Assembly: GCA_031549365.1 (NCBI GenBank)
Contig: JAVBPX010000004.1
Coordinates: forward strand, 21,233 to 85,232
Length of the DNA stretch: 64,000 nt
Direction of reading: 5' to 3'
From: Alphaproteobacteria bacterium
GTDB lineage: Bacteria > Pseudomonadota > Alphaproteobacteria > Rs-D84
Numbering within the stretch: position 1 is the stretch's first letter; the number at the start of each line of letters is the position of its first letter. Both the position numbers and the translations under genes were made by a program. This document shows positions 16,825-26,945 of this stretch, one piece after another. The notes beneath the pieces were generated by a model. It did no database searches. It had not been told where the DNA came from and saw nothing but the letters and a program-made list of their open reading frames with translations.

Positions 16825-17229
16825 CTATTCTGAAATTTTAAAATAAGGCAGCCATTCATCCGGAATTCGTTTCGGACGATGTGTCTTGCCATCAATAAAT
16901 ACAACGTTTATTTTTAATACTGCACATTCTTCGCCATTAAAAACAAATTTCTGTTCAACTGTAACACGCGCAGATGTCAAATGTATCGTTTTTGATTCAA
17001 TGACAAATGTCTGTCCCAACATTAATGGTTTTATATATTTTATATCCAATGAATGAATTACCCAAATCCCATCATCATGATCCATAAATGATGGCGCACC
17101 ACGACGTTCAGCATCCAAAAACATTTGCGTACGGGCACGTTCTGCAATTTCAATATACCGGGCGTGATAAACAATCCCGCCAGCATCCGTATCGGCATAC
17201 GCAATTGTAAATTCAAATTTATGCATCAT
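16825..17229 (-). CDS. ybgC: Tol-Pal-associated acyl-CoA thioesterase (4HBT family)
   Basis: [19 protein letters not shown] motif. Start set at the tandem Met codons 17229/17226. Located between ruvB and tolQ. Confidence 0.8.
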   Translation of the reverse strand: MMHKFEFTIAYADTDAGGIVYHARYIEIAERARTQMFLDAERRGAPSFMDHDDGIWVIHSLDIKYIKPLMLGQTFVIESKTIHLTSARVTVEQKFVFNGEECAVLKINVVFIDGKTHRPKRIPDEWLPYFKISE

Positions 17230-18238
17230 TTTCCCCGTTTTTTTTCGGACAAATAATTCCCAAATGATCATATCCGCCTGCTGTTACCATGCGACCGCGA
17301 GGGGTCCTTTGCAAAAATCCCTGTTGTAATAAATATGGTTCAATCATGTCTTCGATTGTATCAATTGATTCGGATAACATGGCCGCCAATGTTTCAATAC
17401 CGACTGGACCACCAGCATAATGTTTAACAATCGCATTTAAATAGTTACGATCCATTTCATCCAAACCGCGTGCATCCACAGCCAATTGCTTTAAGGCCGC
17501 ATTAATTATTTCTGCTGAAATTGTATCTGATTTCATTACCTGGGCAAAATCACGAACTCGTTTTAATAAACGATTTGCAATACGTGGTGTTCCACGGGAT
17601 GATACAGCCAAACAACGCGCACCATCATCATCAATTTTAATTCCCAGTATCGCTGCGCTGCGCCTAATAATCGTTGCCAATGCGTCGACATCATAAAAAT
17701 TCAACCGCATGCCAATTCCAAAACGATCACGTAATGGGTTTGATAATAGCCCCGTACGGGTTGTCGCGCCAATCAATGTAAAAGGAGGCAAATCAATTTT
17801 AACAGAACGTGCTGTTGGACCCTCGCCAATCATGATATCCAACTGATAATCTTCCATCGCAGAATACAATACTTCCTCGATCGATGTGGATAAACGATGA
17901 ATTTCATCAATGAATAAAACATCCATCGGTTCCAAATTTGTTAATATCGCAGCTAAATCGCCCTGTTTTGTTAACATCGGCGCAGAAGTTGATCGAAATC
18001 CAACGCCCAACTCGGATGAAACAATATGCGCCAACGTGGTTTTTCCCAACCCCGGTGGGCCATAAAATAAAACATGGTCCATTGCTTCACGACGATCACG
18101 TGCGGCCGATATAAAAACAGACAAATTATTTTTCATATCATCTTGGCCGATAAAATCACACAACGTTTTTGGGCGAACAGAAGTCATAGCATCGTCCCGA
18201 ATCGTTGGATCAATAAAACGCTTGTTTGTATCGTTCAT
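17219..18238 (-). CDS. ruvB: Holliday junction branch-migration helicase RuvB
   Basis: 339 aa with Walker [20 protein letters not shown] and [18 protein letters not shown]. Confidence 0.95.
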   Translation of the reverse strand: MNDTNKRFIDPTIRDDAMTSVRPKTLCDFIGQDDMKNNLSVFISAARDRREAMDHVLFYGPPGLGKTTLAHIVSSELGVGFRSTSAPMLTKQGDLAAILTNLEPMDVLFIDEIHRLSTSIEEVLYSAMEDYQLDIMIGEGPTARSVKIDLPPFTLIGATTRTGLLSNPLRDRFGIGMRLNFYDVDALATIIRRSAAILGIKIDDDGARCLAVSSRGTPRIANRLLKRVRDFAQVMKSDTISAEIINAALKQLAVDARGLDEMDRNYLNAIVKHYAGGPVGIETLAAMLSESIDTIEDMIEPYLLQQGFLQRTPRGRMVTAGGYDHLGIICPKKNGENDA

Positions 18239-18927
18239 TATAACAACTTCATATCGTCTTTTTCTCGGCCGACATACCCCTTGATATCATCGTACAATTT
18301 ACGTAATGTTGATGTATATTTTGCATCAGCACCCTTGATTAAAATTGTTTCCAATTTAATTTCAGCCTGAGTCTTTAAAACCTTGGTCAAATATGAACCA
18401 AATGATAACGATGATTGATCTTCGGCGTCACCCTGAATTAATAATCCACGATTTGGACGCGGAGATAAAAATGAAAAATCCTGGCGCGTGGTATTTGGCG
18501 AAACCATTACAAATCCTGAAACTTCTGGGCGACGCATTAAAGTTTGCATCACCAACCAAGCGCCAAAATCGTATCCTGCCAACCATAACTTTGGGCTCTC
18601 TTCGTTTTTATTCTGAATCCAATCAATCACAACAGCAATATCCATCATATTGTTCAGAGGATCTGATTGATCGCCAGAAGACAATCCAACACCACGATAG
18701 TTAAATCTAACAACGGAAAAACCAATATCCGCAAACGCACGAAACATTCCGTATGACACACGATCATTCATATGACATCCATGTACGGGATCCCCTGGGA
18801 ATACTACTGCCAATGGGGCATCATTAACCTCGGCCTTATGATAAACTGCATGAATTTTTCCAGCCTCGCCCGTAATAATTACATCAACCATAAAACTTTC
18901 CTTTCCATCTATGTTTATAACACCCAC
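18238..18927 (-). CDS. Alpha/beta-hydrolase-fold protein with atypical nucleophile elbow
   Basis: 229 aa with alpha/beta-fold blocks [10 protein letters not shown] and FNYRGVGLS. The elbow reads LAGYDFGAW, with Asp where GxSxG normally has Ser. Confidence 0.6.
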   Translation of the reverse strand: MGVINIDGKESFMVDVIITGEAGKIHAVYHKAEVNDAPLAVVFPGDPVHGCHMNDRVSYGMFRAFADIGFSVVRFNYRGVGLSSGDQSDPLNNMMDIAVVIDWIQNKNEESPKLWLAGYDFGAWLVMQTLMRRPEVSGFVMVSPNTTRQDFSFLSPRPNRGLLIQGDAEDQSSLSFGSYLTKVLKTQAEIKLETILIKGADAKYTSTLRKLYDDIKGYVGREKDDMKLL

Positions 18928-18957
18928 AGTCTAGTACAAAATGATAACAAAAAGCAA

Positions 18958-18978
18958 TTGTAAAATTACACTTTACAA
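18958..18978. promoter_or_regulatory. 21-bp palindrome upstream of the 19050 operon (possible operator)
   Basis: TTGTAAA-ATTACAC-TTTACAA, about 70 nt upstream of ATG 19050. Confidence 0.3.
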
Positions 18979-19049
18979 AAGCGTGAATATTGTGGTATCA
19001 ATACATGAAACAAACATAAAATTTCGGGGCAAGTTAAGGAGAATACACC

Positions 19050-19961
19050 ATGAACCGCCTAGTGATAGCATCAGCATTTATCGGATTAACCATACCGTGC
19101 GCATACGCCGTTGTTGGCCAAGATTTAAACCAAGTGTACGTTGCAAACACACCTGTGGCATCATATATGGCGGTACCAAACGACCCATATTACGTTCCTG
19201 AAACTCAATTCATGCAGAGAACAGATTCTGTAAATTACGACGACAACATTGATTATGTTCGCACACAAATGCAAACATCAAATCCTGGCGTTAATTTTGC
19301 AAAAAAACCCGTCGTTGTTTGCCGTAGTGCTGGTTGCACACGATTAAATGATCGTATTACCCGCACATATTTATTCAACAGCTTATCCAATTTATTTATG
19401 TTGAACGCACATTCACGCATGCATATTTGCGAGGCAGAACCCTTTACCCGCGCATGCTTGCAATCGGGAATTACTTTTCCGGCCCGCGTTGGCGCAGCCG
19501 CCGCATTAATCAAGGTTCCATACGCCCAAGTATCCCAGGTTTCACAAACTCCTGGCTTGTCGCGCACACAAATTGAATTAACATATTCATTTTTAATCAA
19601 CGGAATTGAAAACCAATGCAACCAAACCATTGCAGATATCGTAATTCCAAACAACGAACAGGTTTCATTATTCAACCGCGATTTCACATGCCGCATGACA
19701 TCCGACGCCCCCAGCAACGTTTCATTGTTATTAAACATTGATTACATTGATTTGGATTACGGCATTATCGGCGGTTATTATTCATTCGGAATGCAGGGCC
19801 CAGCCCAAGGCGGCGGCACAGGATACGCATTATTCCGCACCGAATACACTTCAACATCGGGCCAGGTTAAAAATGCCAAAGGCTTGATATACGACCAAGT
19901 ATCCGATTACGATAAAACAATTCGCCCTGGCGAATTCCAAGTGGGTCCCCTGGATAAATAA
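19050..19961 (+). CDS. Hypothetical secreted Cys-containing protein, first gene of the two-component operon
   Basis: 303 aa with signal peptide MNRLVIASAFIGLTIPCAYA and six mature-region Cys residues (CRSAGC, HICEAEPFTRAC, NQCNQ, FTCRM). Its stop overlaps the response-regulator start (ATAATG at 19961). RBS AAGGAG lies upstream. Confidence 0.7.
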   Translation: MNRLVIASAFIGLTIPCAYAVVGQDLNQVYVANTPVASYMAVPNDPYYVPETQFMQRTDSVNYDDNIDYVRTQMQTSNPGVNFAKKPVVVCRSAGCTRLNDRITRTYLFNSLSNLFMLNAHSRMHICEAEPFTRACLQSGITFPARVGAAAALIKVPYAQVSQVSQTPGLSRTQIELTYSFLINGIENQCNQTIADIVIPNNEQVSLFNRDFTCRMTSDAPSNVSLLLNIDYIDLDYGIIGGYYSFGMQGPAQGGGTGYALFRTEYTSTSGQVKNAKGLIYDQVSDYDKTIRPGEFQVGPLDK

Positions 19962-20623
19962 TGACAAGCACGATTCTGATCATTGACGATGACAACATGT
20001 TACGCGACACGTTGGCAGAATTGTTGCGCGAATCTTCATACACCGTATTAACCGCGGATTCTGCTGAAAATGGCCAAAAAATATTCGATAAATTTGATTG
20101 TGATTTAATTGTGCTGGACCGAATGATGCCGGGCATTGACGGATTGACATTATTAAAAAAATGGCGTGATTCTGGTATTACAACACCGATTATTTTATTA
20201 ACGGCATTGGGCGACACCGAAAATGTAATCGCCGGATTGCAAACAGGGGCTAACGATTATCTGGGCAAACCATTCCATTCCACAGAATTGGTTCTACGCA
20301 TCAATAACGCATTACGAACACAACCCGCAAAACCCGCGGAAACACTGGGCAAATATGGAATAAAAAAGCAAAATAATAATTACTATATTAATTCAAAAAT
20401 TTGGAATTTAAACGAAACCGAACAAAAAATTTTTGACCTATTGATAAAACCGATTGGCGGCACTATATCAAACGACGAAATTGTTAAAAAAACTGGGATG
20501 GCCGCAACATCAATTCCTATGGCTATCAAACGCTTGCGTATCAAAATAAAGTGTGCTATACCGTCGTTAAGCCTGCAAACAGTTTACAAACAAGGCTATA
20601 AAATTATACCAACCAAAGGTTAG
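19961..20623 (+). CDS. OmpR/PhoB-family response regulator
   Basis: 220 aa. Receiver domain (ILIIDDD ... DLIVLDRMMPGIDG ... GANDYLGKPF) and a C-terminal winged-helix domain (LNETEQKIFDLL ... AIKRLRIKI ... TVYKQGYKI). Confidence 0.85.
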   Translation: MTSTILIIDDDNMLRDTLAELLRESSYTVLTADSAENGQKIFDKFDCDLIVLDRMMPGIDGLTLLKKWRDSGITTPIILLTALGDTENVIAGLQTGANDYLGKPFHSTELVLRINNALRTQPAKPAETLGKYGIKKQNNNYYINSKIWNLNETEQKIFDLLIKPIGGTISNDEIVKKTGMAATSIPMAIKRLRIKIKCAIPSLSLQTVYKQGYKIIPTKG

Positions 20624-20629
20624 TGTACC

Positions 20630-21931
20630 ATGCGCATAATTCCTCGCAGTTTTTTATGGAGAACTATTTTATTAATCATGATCCCATTGGTTTTGTGCCA
20701 AGTTATAATGGCAAACGTATTTTTTGGCAATCATTGGGACACTGTCCACACATGGATGTCGCGTTCATTGTCTGGTGAAATTTCAACAATCGTAACAATC
20801 ATGGACGATCACCCAGAATCATTCGAAAAGATTCAGGCGATTGTATCCAAAGACATGGGATTAAATGTAACGCGCAGCGAAAAACTGTATCGCCCAAAAC
20901 ATGATGACAGCAATTCTGTCGAAATCGCAAAATTGGCCACAGATTTAAAGAAAAACGTTAAATATCCAACAAAATTATACATCGATCAAAAACAAAAATT
21001 GTTATATATTGATATTAAACATGGACAAAATGATTATATAACTGTTGCAACATCTTTGAAGCGCGTTTATTCAACATCCACTGAAATTTTTGCTTTATGG
21101 CTATTCCTGTCATTGGTAATTGTTGCAGCAATAATAACACCTTTTGTTTGGAATCATAATCGTTCAATCCGTAAAATTGCACGAGCAGCAAACTATTTCG
21201 GACGCGGTTTGGATATGCCAAACTTTAAACCATCTGGATCAACCGAAATCCGCGAAGCTGCAAACGCATTAATCGTTATGAAATCACGTATGAATCGCTA
21301 TACAAAAACACGTACAGATATGTTGAATGCTGTCAGTCATGATTTAAAAACTCCTCTAACGCGAGTTCGCCTGGCTGTTGAAACGAATAAAAAATTGGAT
21401 GAAAAGTCCCGCGAAACAATGCTGTCCGATCTGGATCGCATGAATGATATGATTGGCGGATATTTATCATTTGCGCGCGGCGACATTCCCGAATTGGAAC
21501 AGGAAATAACCCTGCCCCCAATGGTAACTCGTTTAATTCGTGATTACACGGGCCGCGTTAAATTCAAAACAAATTTCCCAGATAAACCAATATCATTTTA
21601 TTCCCGCCCAATGTCATTATCGCGCGCAATTGATAATATCATTCAAAACGCAGAACGTTTCGCGATTAAAAAAATCGAAATCACCGAAACAGATGATCTT
21701 GAATACACAACATTAACTATTGATGACGATGGCATTGGAATCCCATTGGATAAACGCAATGACGCATTGCAACCATTTGTGCGCCTGGATCCATCGCGCA
21801 ATGAAAAAACCGGTGGCACAGGATTGGGATTATGTATCGCGCAACAGGCAATCGAAAACCACGGAGGCCAAATGTTTTTAGAAGATTCCCCATTAGGCGG
21901 CCTACGCGTTCGAATTGTGCTGCCAATATAA
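20630..21931 (+). CDS. EnvZ-like sensor histidine kinase
   Basis: 433 aa with two TM helices, a HAMP region, H-box NAVSHDLKTPLT, DDDGIGIP and GGTGLGLCIA. Confidence 0.88.
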   Translation: MRIIPRSFLWRTILLIMIPLVLCQVIMANVFFGNHWDTVHTWMSRSLSGEISTIVTIMDDHPESFEKIQAIVSKDMGLNVTRSEKLYRPKHDDSNSVEIAKLATDLKKNVKYPTKLYIDQKQKLLYIDIKHGQNDYITVATSLKRVYSTSTEIFALWLFLSLVIVAAIITPFVWNHNRSIRKIARAANYFGRGLDMPNFKPSGSTEIREAANALIVMKSRMNRYTKTRTDMLNAVSHDLKTPLTRVRLAVETNKKLDEKSRETMLSDLDRMNDMIGGYLSFARGDIPELEQEITLPPMVTRLIRDYTGRVKFKTNFPDKPISFYSRPMSLSRAIDNIIQNAERFAIKKIEITETDDLEYTTLTIDDDGIGIPLDKRNDALQPFVRLDPSRNEKTGGTGLGLCIAQQAIENHGGQMFLEDSPLGGLRVRIVLPI

Positions 21932-21933
21932 TC

Positions 21934-21963
21934 AAAAAAAACCGCCATCCCGGCGGTTTTTTT
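21934..21963. terminator. Bidirectional terminator between the kinase gene and pth
   Basis: A8, ACCGCC-ATCCC-GGCGGT, T7. Confidence 0.8.
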
Positions 21964-22510
21964 ATTTCAAATATATTAACGGATCATCCACTACTTTTTT
22001 CACAACTGGCAATAACGATTGAATATCGGTTTCGTTAAATTTACCCAACACCCAATCGGCTGGATCCGTATTTTTAAATTCAGAATCACGCGGATGCCCA
22101 ACGCCAATTCGAACACGAGCATATTCTTTGCCCAATTTGGCATCAATATCACGCAAACCATTGTGCCCGCCGTGCCCACCACCCCGCTTGGTGCGCATAT
22201 CACCAATTTTTAAATCCAAATCATCATGTATTACCAAAATATTGGATACAGGTATTTTATAAAAAGTTGATAACGCCAATACAGCTGTTCCCGACAAATT
22301 CATAAACGTTGTTGGTTTCGCCAATATAACATCATTTCCATCAATCTTTCCACGCGAAAAATACGCATGGTGCTGTTCGCGCCAATCTGGAAATTCGTAT
22401 TTGTTTTGTATTAAATCCAAAACTTCGAAACCTACATTATGTCGTGTTCCATTATATTTGGATCCAATGTTTCCCAATCCAATAATTAAATATGTATGCT
22501 TTTCTTTCAT
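21962..22510 (-). CDS. pth: Peptidyl-tRNA hydrolase
   Basis: YLIIGLGNIGSKYNGTRHNVGF. Start set at the Met of MKEKHTYLI (22510). Confidence 0.9.
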   Translation of the reverse strand: MKEKHTYLIIGLGNIGSKYNGTRHNVGFEVLDLIQNKYEFPDWREQHHAYFSRGKIDGNDVILAKPTTFMNLSGTAVLALSTFYKIPVSNILVIHDDLDLKIGDMRTKRGGGHGGHNGLRDIDAKLGKEYARVRIGVGHPRDSEFKNTDPADWVLGKFNETDIQSLLPVVKKVVDDPLIYLK

Positions 22511-22605
22511 AACAGACATTATATCAAAAAAACATCCCATTGACATTAAAATAATAAAACGGCACAATAATATGGACTGACAACAAAACCAACAGAGGAG
22601 TTATC

Positions 22606-23160
22606 ATGAAAAATTCAATAAAAATCTTGGCTGCATTGGGCATGCTGGCCATTACATCACCCGCATCTGCTGGCGCAATGGATTTGTATATTGGCGGCGC
22701 CGTTGGCATGGGGGCAATGCAAGTAAACGGCAGTGATGATACAACCTTTTCAGGCACGGGATCATTTGCCGGGGCATTTGGTATTAATTTGCCACTGTTC
22801 CGCGTTGAAGCCGAGTACAATTATTTCACAGCATCAAAATCCGGCGCAGATTTGGCGTTACAAATGGCCATGGTTAACGCATACATCAAACCATTCGCAA
22901 TTCCTGTTATAAAGCCATATTTTGGCGCAGGTGCCGGCGCAATTATTGCCGGAGATATCGGCCACGATGTTGACGCAAACAACACCCCTGCATTCCAAGG
23001 TATGCTGGGCGTATCAATTGACATCCCTGCAATGCCAATTGGTTTTGATGTCGAAGGGCGTGTCGTATATTCTCCAAACGCATTCGAATTTAAAACAATG
23101 AGTACCGAATACGATATTTTGGGATACGAAGCCCGCGTAAAAATGCGTTATGAATTTTAA
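22606..23160 (+). CDS. Small outer-membrane beta-barrel protein (OmpA-TM/opacity-like)
   Basis: 184 aa with signal peptide ending SPASA, Gly/Ala-rich beta strands and a C-terminal VKMRYEF. Confidence 0.7.
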   Translation: MKNSIKILAALGMLAITSPASAGAMDLYIGGAVGMGAMQVNGSDDTTFSGTGSFAGAFGINLPLFRVEAEYNYFTASKSGADLALQMAMVNAYIKPFAIPVIKPYFGAGAGAIIAGDIGHDVDANNTPAFQGMLGVSIDIPAMPIGFDVEGRVVYSPNAFEFKTMSTEYDILGYEARVKMRYEF

Positions 23161-23174
23161 TTAATTTTACCACA

Positions 23175-23202
23175 AAAAACACCCCGACAACGGGGTGTTT
23201 TT
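23175..23202 (+). terminator. Rho-independent terminator after the OMP gene
   Basis: ACACCCCG-ACAA-CGGGGTGT followed by T5. Confidence 0.8.
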
Positions 23203-23240
23203 ACTTGCCTGACATACTATATATTTGCTATGATTCAATT

Positions 23241-25991
23241 ATGAAAACACGAATTAATCTTATCGATGGAAACAGCTTTTTATTCCGCGCATTCTATGGG
23301 ATCAAGGGCAAATTAACACGATCCGACGGCACCCCAGTAAACGCCGTATATGGATTATGTACAATGTTGTTAAATTTGTTATCGTCCGCAAATCCGGATG
23401 AACAATTTTATATGGTATTCGATGCTGCTCGCAAAAATTTTCGAAACGACATTTACCCAGAGTACAAGGCCAACCGCACAGAATTACCCGATGATTTAAT
23501 CCCACAAATCGCATTATCACGATTGGCCGTTACCGCATTCGACATTCCAATTTTGGAAATAAACGGGTTCGAGGCCGACGACATAATCGCAACAATGGTT
23601 AAACACGAATGCTTTATTGATCGTACCGTTCGCGTTGTTACATCGGACAAGGATTTAATGCAATTGGTTGACCCCTGTTGTTATTTGTATGACAGCATGA
23701 AGGAATTGGACATTCACGAAGCCCAAGTTTTGGAAAAATTTGGCGTCCGTCCGGACCAAGTTATTGATATCCAAAGCTTGATTGGCGATTCATCCGACAA
23801 CGTTCCTGGTGTCCCAGGCATCGGCCCAAAAACAGCAGCCGAATTAATCAATGAATTTGAAACCTTGGATAATTTATACAATCATTTGGACGATATTAAA
23901 AACGAACGGCGTCGCGAATTGTTGCGCAACAATCATGAAATGGCATTAATGTCGCGACAATTGGTAACATTACGTAATGATGTCCCATTGCCTGAATTTC
24001 CAAACAAACCATATATTCCAAACGCCAATAAAATCGCAACTTTTTTCAAAAATGAAATGGAATCGCCCGCATTAATTTCAAAGCTTGAAAAATGGTTGGG
24101 AAAAACAGAATTTGTTGAAACAAACGAAATTAAATTTGAACCAAAATCCGAACCAAAAAAACACAACAATTACAAATTAATAACAACAGAAAAACAATTA
24201 AACGAATTTATTTCCGAAATTGAAAAACATCCTATAATTGCAATCGACACAGAAACCACAGGATTAAATTCAATGGATGATCGTTTGGTTGGGATTTCAA
24301 TTTCTTGTGCTCCTCATTCTGGTTGCTATATTCCAATCCGACATGGCGGGCAACGTGATTTATTATCAAACGAAATACATGAACAATTGGATATTGACAC
24401 AGTTTATAAAAAACTATGGCCCATATTAACCAATCAAAAGATTATCAAGGTCGGCCAAAACATAAAGTATGATTTTCACATGTTCGAAAACGAAGGATGG
24501 GATACCGACCAAATAACTCCCATTGACGACACTATGTTGTTATCATACGCATTATTCGGCAGCGAACATTTGCATAACATGGACACACTTGCCCAGATTT
24601 ATTTAAAACACCAAAATATTAAATTTTCTGATTTATTTGATGAAAAAACAAAAAATCCACAATTTGGACATTTACATCCAGAACGCGCATTACATTACGC
24701 GGCCGAAGATGCAGACATAACATTGCGCTTATACCAATTATTCCGTCCAAAATTGGATACGGAAATTCGATTAAAAAAATTGTATGAAAATTGCGATTTA
24801 CCGTTGATTCGTGTATTGTTGCACATGGAGAGAAATGGCGTCCATATTGATACAAATAGATTGGCAATTTTATCCGAAAAATTACATAAAAAGATGAACG
24901 AATTGGAATCTGAAATTTACCAATTGGCTGGATCTGAATTTAATATTGCATCTCCTTCACAAATTGGATTTGTTTTGTTTGAAAAATTGGGCATCCCATA
25001 TGACGGCAAAAAAACCAAAACTGGATCATATTCCACAGACGCCGCCATGCTGGAAGAAATCGCAACATTACACCCAATCATCCCATTAATTTTGGAATGG
25101 CGCACATTATCAAAATTAACTGGCACATACACCGACGCATTGCCAAACGCGATTAATAAAAAAACAGGACGCATCCACACATCATATTTGCAAACATCAA
25201 CCAATACTGGGCGATTATCTTCACGCGATCCAAATTTACAAAACATTCCAATCCGCGGTGAATTGGGACCCGAAATTCGTGCTTGTTTTACAGCAACAGA
25301 TGGTAACGTTTTAATTGCTGCCGATTATTCGCAAATACAATTGCGATTATTGGCCCAAGTCGCCGACATTCCATCATTAAAACAAATTTTCCGCAACGGC
25401 AAAGACATTCATACCATGACCGCACATCAAATTTTTAATGTCCCAGAATCCGATGTAACATCCGATCAACGACGCGTTGCAAAAACAGTTAATTTTTCAA
25501 TTGTATATGGTATATCTGCGTTTGGATTGGCTTCGCAATTAAAAATCGAACGCCATGCCGCACAACAGTTAATAGATTCGTATTTTACCGCATTTCCTGA
25601 AATAAAAATATACATGGATAAAATAAAGGATTTCGCACGTGAACACGCATACGTAATGACACCATGGGGACGAAAAATTGTTTTGAATGACATGAAAAAC
25701 TCGCGCACACGCGCGTATGGATTACGCGCTGCGATTAACGCCCCGATTCAGGGGTTCGAGGCTGATTTAATGCGCCTAGCATTATGCAAAACAGAATCTG
25801 AATTAAAAAAATCATATCCAAACGCAAAACTTTTAATGCAAGTCCACGACGAAATGGTTTTCGAAGCACCGAACCAAGACGCTGAATCTGTTGCAAAAAT
25901 CATTCGCGACACAATGGAACACATCGCGGAATTATCGATTCCATTGGTTGCCGAAACCGGCATCGGGCCCGACTGGAATTCAATTAAATAA
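23241..25991 (+). CDS. polA: DNA polymerase I
   Basis: 916 aa from ATG 23241. 5'-3' exonuclease (LIDGNSFLFRAFY), 3'-5' exonuclease (IAIDTETTGL) and polymerase motifs (ADYSQIQLRLLA, RRVAKTVNFSIVYG, QVHDEMVFE). Confidence 0.97.
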   Translation: MKTRINLIDGNSFLFRAFYGIKGKLTRSDGTPVNAVYGLCTMLLNLLSSANPDEQFYMVFDAARKNFRNDIYPEYKANRTELPDDLIPQIALSRLAVTAFDIPILEINGFEADDIIATMVKHECFIDRTVRVVTSDKDLMQLVDPCCYLYDSMKELDIHEAQVLEKFGVRPDQVIDIQSLIGDSSDNVPGVPGIGPKTAAELINEFETLDNLYNHLDDIKNERRRELLRNNHEMALMSRQLVTLRNDVPLPEFPNKPYIPNANKIATFFKNEMESPALISKLEKWLGKTEFVETNEIKFEPKSEPKKHNNYKLITTEKQLNEFISEIEKHPIIAIDTETTGLNSMDDRLVGISISCAPHSGCYIPIRHGGQRDLLSNEIHEQLDIDTVYKKLWPILTNQKIIKVGQNIKYDFHMFENEGWDTDQITPIDDTMLLSYALFGSEHLHNMDTLAQIYLKHQNIKFSDLFDEKTKNPQFGHLHPERALHYAAEDADITLRLYQLFRPKLDTEIRLKKLYENCDLPLIRVLLHMERNGVHIDTNRLAILSEKLHKKMNELESEIYQLAGSEFNIASPSQIGFVLFEKLGIPYDGKKTKTGSYSTDAAMLEEIATLHPIIPLILEWRTLSKLTGTYTDALPNAINKKTGRIHTSYLQTSTNTGRLSSRDPNLQNIPIRGELGPEIRACFTATDGNVLIAADYSQIQLRLLAQVADIPSLKQIFRNGKDIHTMTAHQIFNVPESDVTSDQRRVAKTVNFSIVYGISAFGLASQLKIERHAAQQLIDSYFTAFPEIKIYMDKIKDFAREHAYVMTPWGRKIVLNDMKNSRTRAYGLRAAINAPIQGFEADLMRLALCKTESELKKSYPNAKLLMQVHDEMVFEAPNQDAESVAKIIRDTMEHIAELSIPLVAETGIGPDWNSIK

Positions 25992-26002
25992 AGGAGACAA
26001 AA

Positions 26003-26578
26003 ATGGTAAAACCAATTGAACCAAAAAAAATTCCAAATCCTGTAACACACCAGTTTAAACTGGAATACGCACGCCAGGCCCCAGGATTATTATTCGAATC
26101 TCTGTTATGTATTGTGGCTGCCCTATTCCTATTCTTTTACCCTATGGAAACATTGCAAACCCTGACATTAATTTTTGGCATTGGAATTGGATTAATCGGA
26201 ATTTATACGGCATTGACTGGATTAACCCGCAAATCCATGTGGGGCGTTTTAATGGGCGCAATATATGCGGCCATCGGATTTATGTTCGTATCAAACCCTG
26301 CGACATCATTTATAACGTTAGTATACATTTTCGCAGCATTATTTTTCATACGATCGTTTTTTTCGATTATGCTTGCAATTCAAATGATACAAATGCGCGT
26401 TGGTCATTATATAATCAGCTTTGTTATGTCGTTAATTTCAATGGCCTTGGCAATATTTTTATTGTTTCACCCATCATACGGCGCAATAACATTGGTTTAT
26501 TATATCGGCATCACATTGCTGTTTAACGCATTTAATAATCTGTATGTATTTTTTCAATTACGAAAGCTATCAAAATAA
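26003..26578 (+). CDS. HdeD/DUF308-like integral membrane protein
   Basis: 191 aa with six predicted TM helices in repeated about-50-aa units. Starts 12 nt after polA. Confidence 0.5.
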   Translation: MVKPIEPKKIPNPVTHQFKLEYARQAPGLLFESLLCIVAALFLFFYPMETLQTLTLIFGIGIGLIGIYTALTGLTRKSMWGVLMGAIYAAIGFMFVSNPATSFITLVYIFAALFFIRSFFSIMLAIQMIQMRVGHYIISFVMSLISMALAIFLLFHPSYGAITLVYYIGITLLFNAFNNLYVFFQLRKLSK

Positions 26579-26602
26579 AAAATGCCCATTTGGGCATTTT
26601 TT
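26577..26602 (+). terminator. Rho-independent terminator after the membrane-protein gene
   Basis: A-run, TGCCC-ATTT-GGGCA, T6. Confidence 0.75.
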
Positions 26603-26609
26603 AATATTA

Positions 26610-26630
26610 ATTATTATGGTGGGTCGGCAG
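26610..26630. repeat. 21-bp direct repeat, copy 1 (7 nt of flank plus the last 14 nt of tRNA-Met)
   Basis: ATTATTATGGTGGGTCGGCAG is identical to 26794..26814. Confidence 0.9.
26617..26630 (-). pseudogene. tRNA-Met 3'-terminal fragment (14 nt)
   Basis: TGGTGGGTCGGCAG equals the CCA end, acceptor 3' strand and start of the T stem of the intact gene at 26801..26877. Confidence 0.7.
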
Positions 26631-26793
26631 ACGGGGGAATGGGGGCGTCCCCCATTAGTGTTTTGGAATAATTTATTGTTTCAAAACATGTACAAACAAT
26701 TAATAATTGTTTGCCGTAATAATGCACTACGCATTATTACAGTTCATGCCAAGGCCTACCTGATAATAAAAATACCCCAAAGGGGCATTTTTA
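26631..26793. mobile_element. 163-bp hairpin-rich insert between the duplicated tRNA-Met 3' ends (candidate miniature integrated element)
   Basis: Hairpins AATGGGGG-CGT-CCCCCATT (26638..26656), CAAACAATT-AAT-AATTGTTTG (26693..26713), GTAATAATGC-ACTAC-GCATTATTAC (26716..26740) and a terminator-like ACCCC-AAA-GGGGCATTTTT. Shares the 19-mer AAACAATTAATAATTGTTT and the motif CAG(G)TTCAT with the tRNA-Lys insert. Confidence 0.6.
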
Positions 26794-26814
26794 TTATTAT
26801 GGTGGGTCGGCAGG
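26794..26814. repeat. 21-bp direct repeat, copy 2
   Basis: Identical to 26610..26630 and overlaps the 3' end of the intact tRNA-Met. Confidence 0.9.
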
Positions 26815-26877
26815 GACTCGAACCCCGGACCAAAGCGTTATGAGCGCTCCGCTCTAACCAACTGAGCTACCGACCCC
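26801..26877 (-). tRNA. tRNA with CAT anticodon (elongator Met or lysidine-modified Ile2; not initiator-like)
   Basis: Reverse complement GGGTCGGTAGCTCAGTTGGTTAGAGCGGAGCGCTCATAACGCTTTGGTCCGGGGTTCGAGTCCCTGCCGACCCACCA is 77 nt. The first acceptor pair G1-C72 is base-paired and the anticodon stem lacks three consecutive G-C pairs, so it is not fMet type. Confidence 0.9.
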
Positions 26878-26887
26878 GTGGGCAGTA

Positions 26888-26915
26888 TTCTACACATATT
26901 TGCCAATATTTCAAG
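26888..26915 (-). promoter_or_regulatory. sigma70-like promoter of tRNA-Met
   Basis: The minus strand reads TTGAAA, a 16-nt spacer, then TAGAAT, ending 10 nt before the tRNA 5' end. Confidence 0.55.
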
Positions 26916-26945
26916 TATAAAATATTGCACCATGCAGAAAACCGC

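Noticed and set aside
26770-26795. Similarity between the terminator-like hairpin inside the tRNA-Met insert (ACCCC-AAA-GGGGCATTTTT) and the chromosomal terminator at 26577..26602
   Set aside because: The stems are different sequences. The resemblance is only the generic form of a GC hairpin with A/T runs, so it is not evidence that the duplication extends further.
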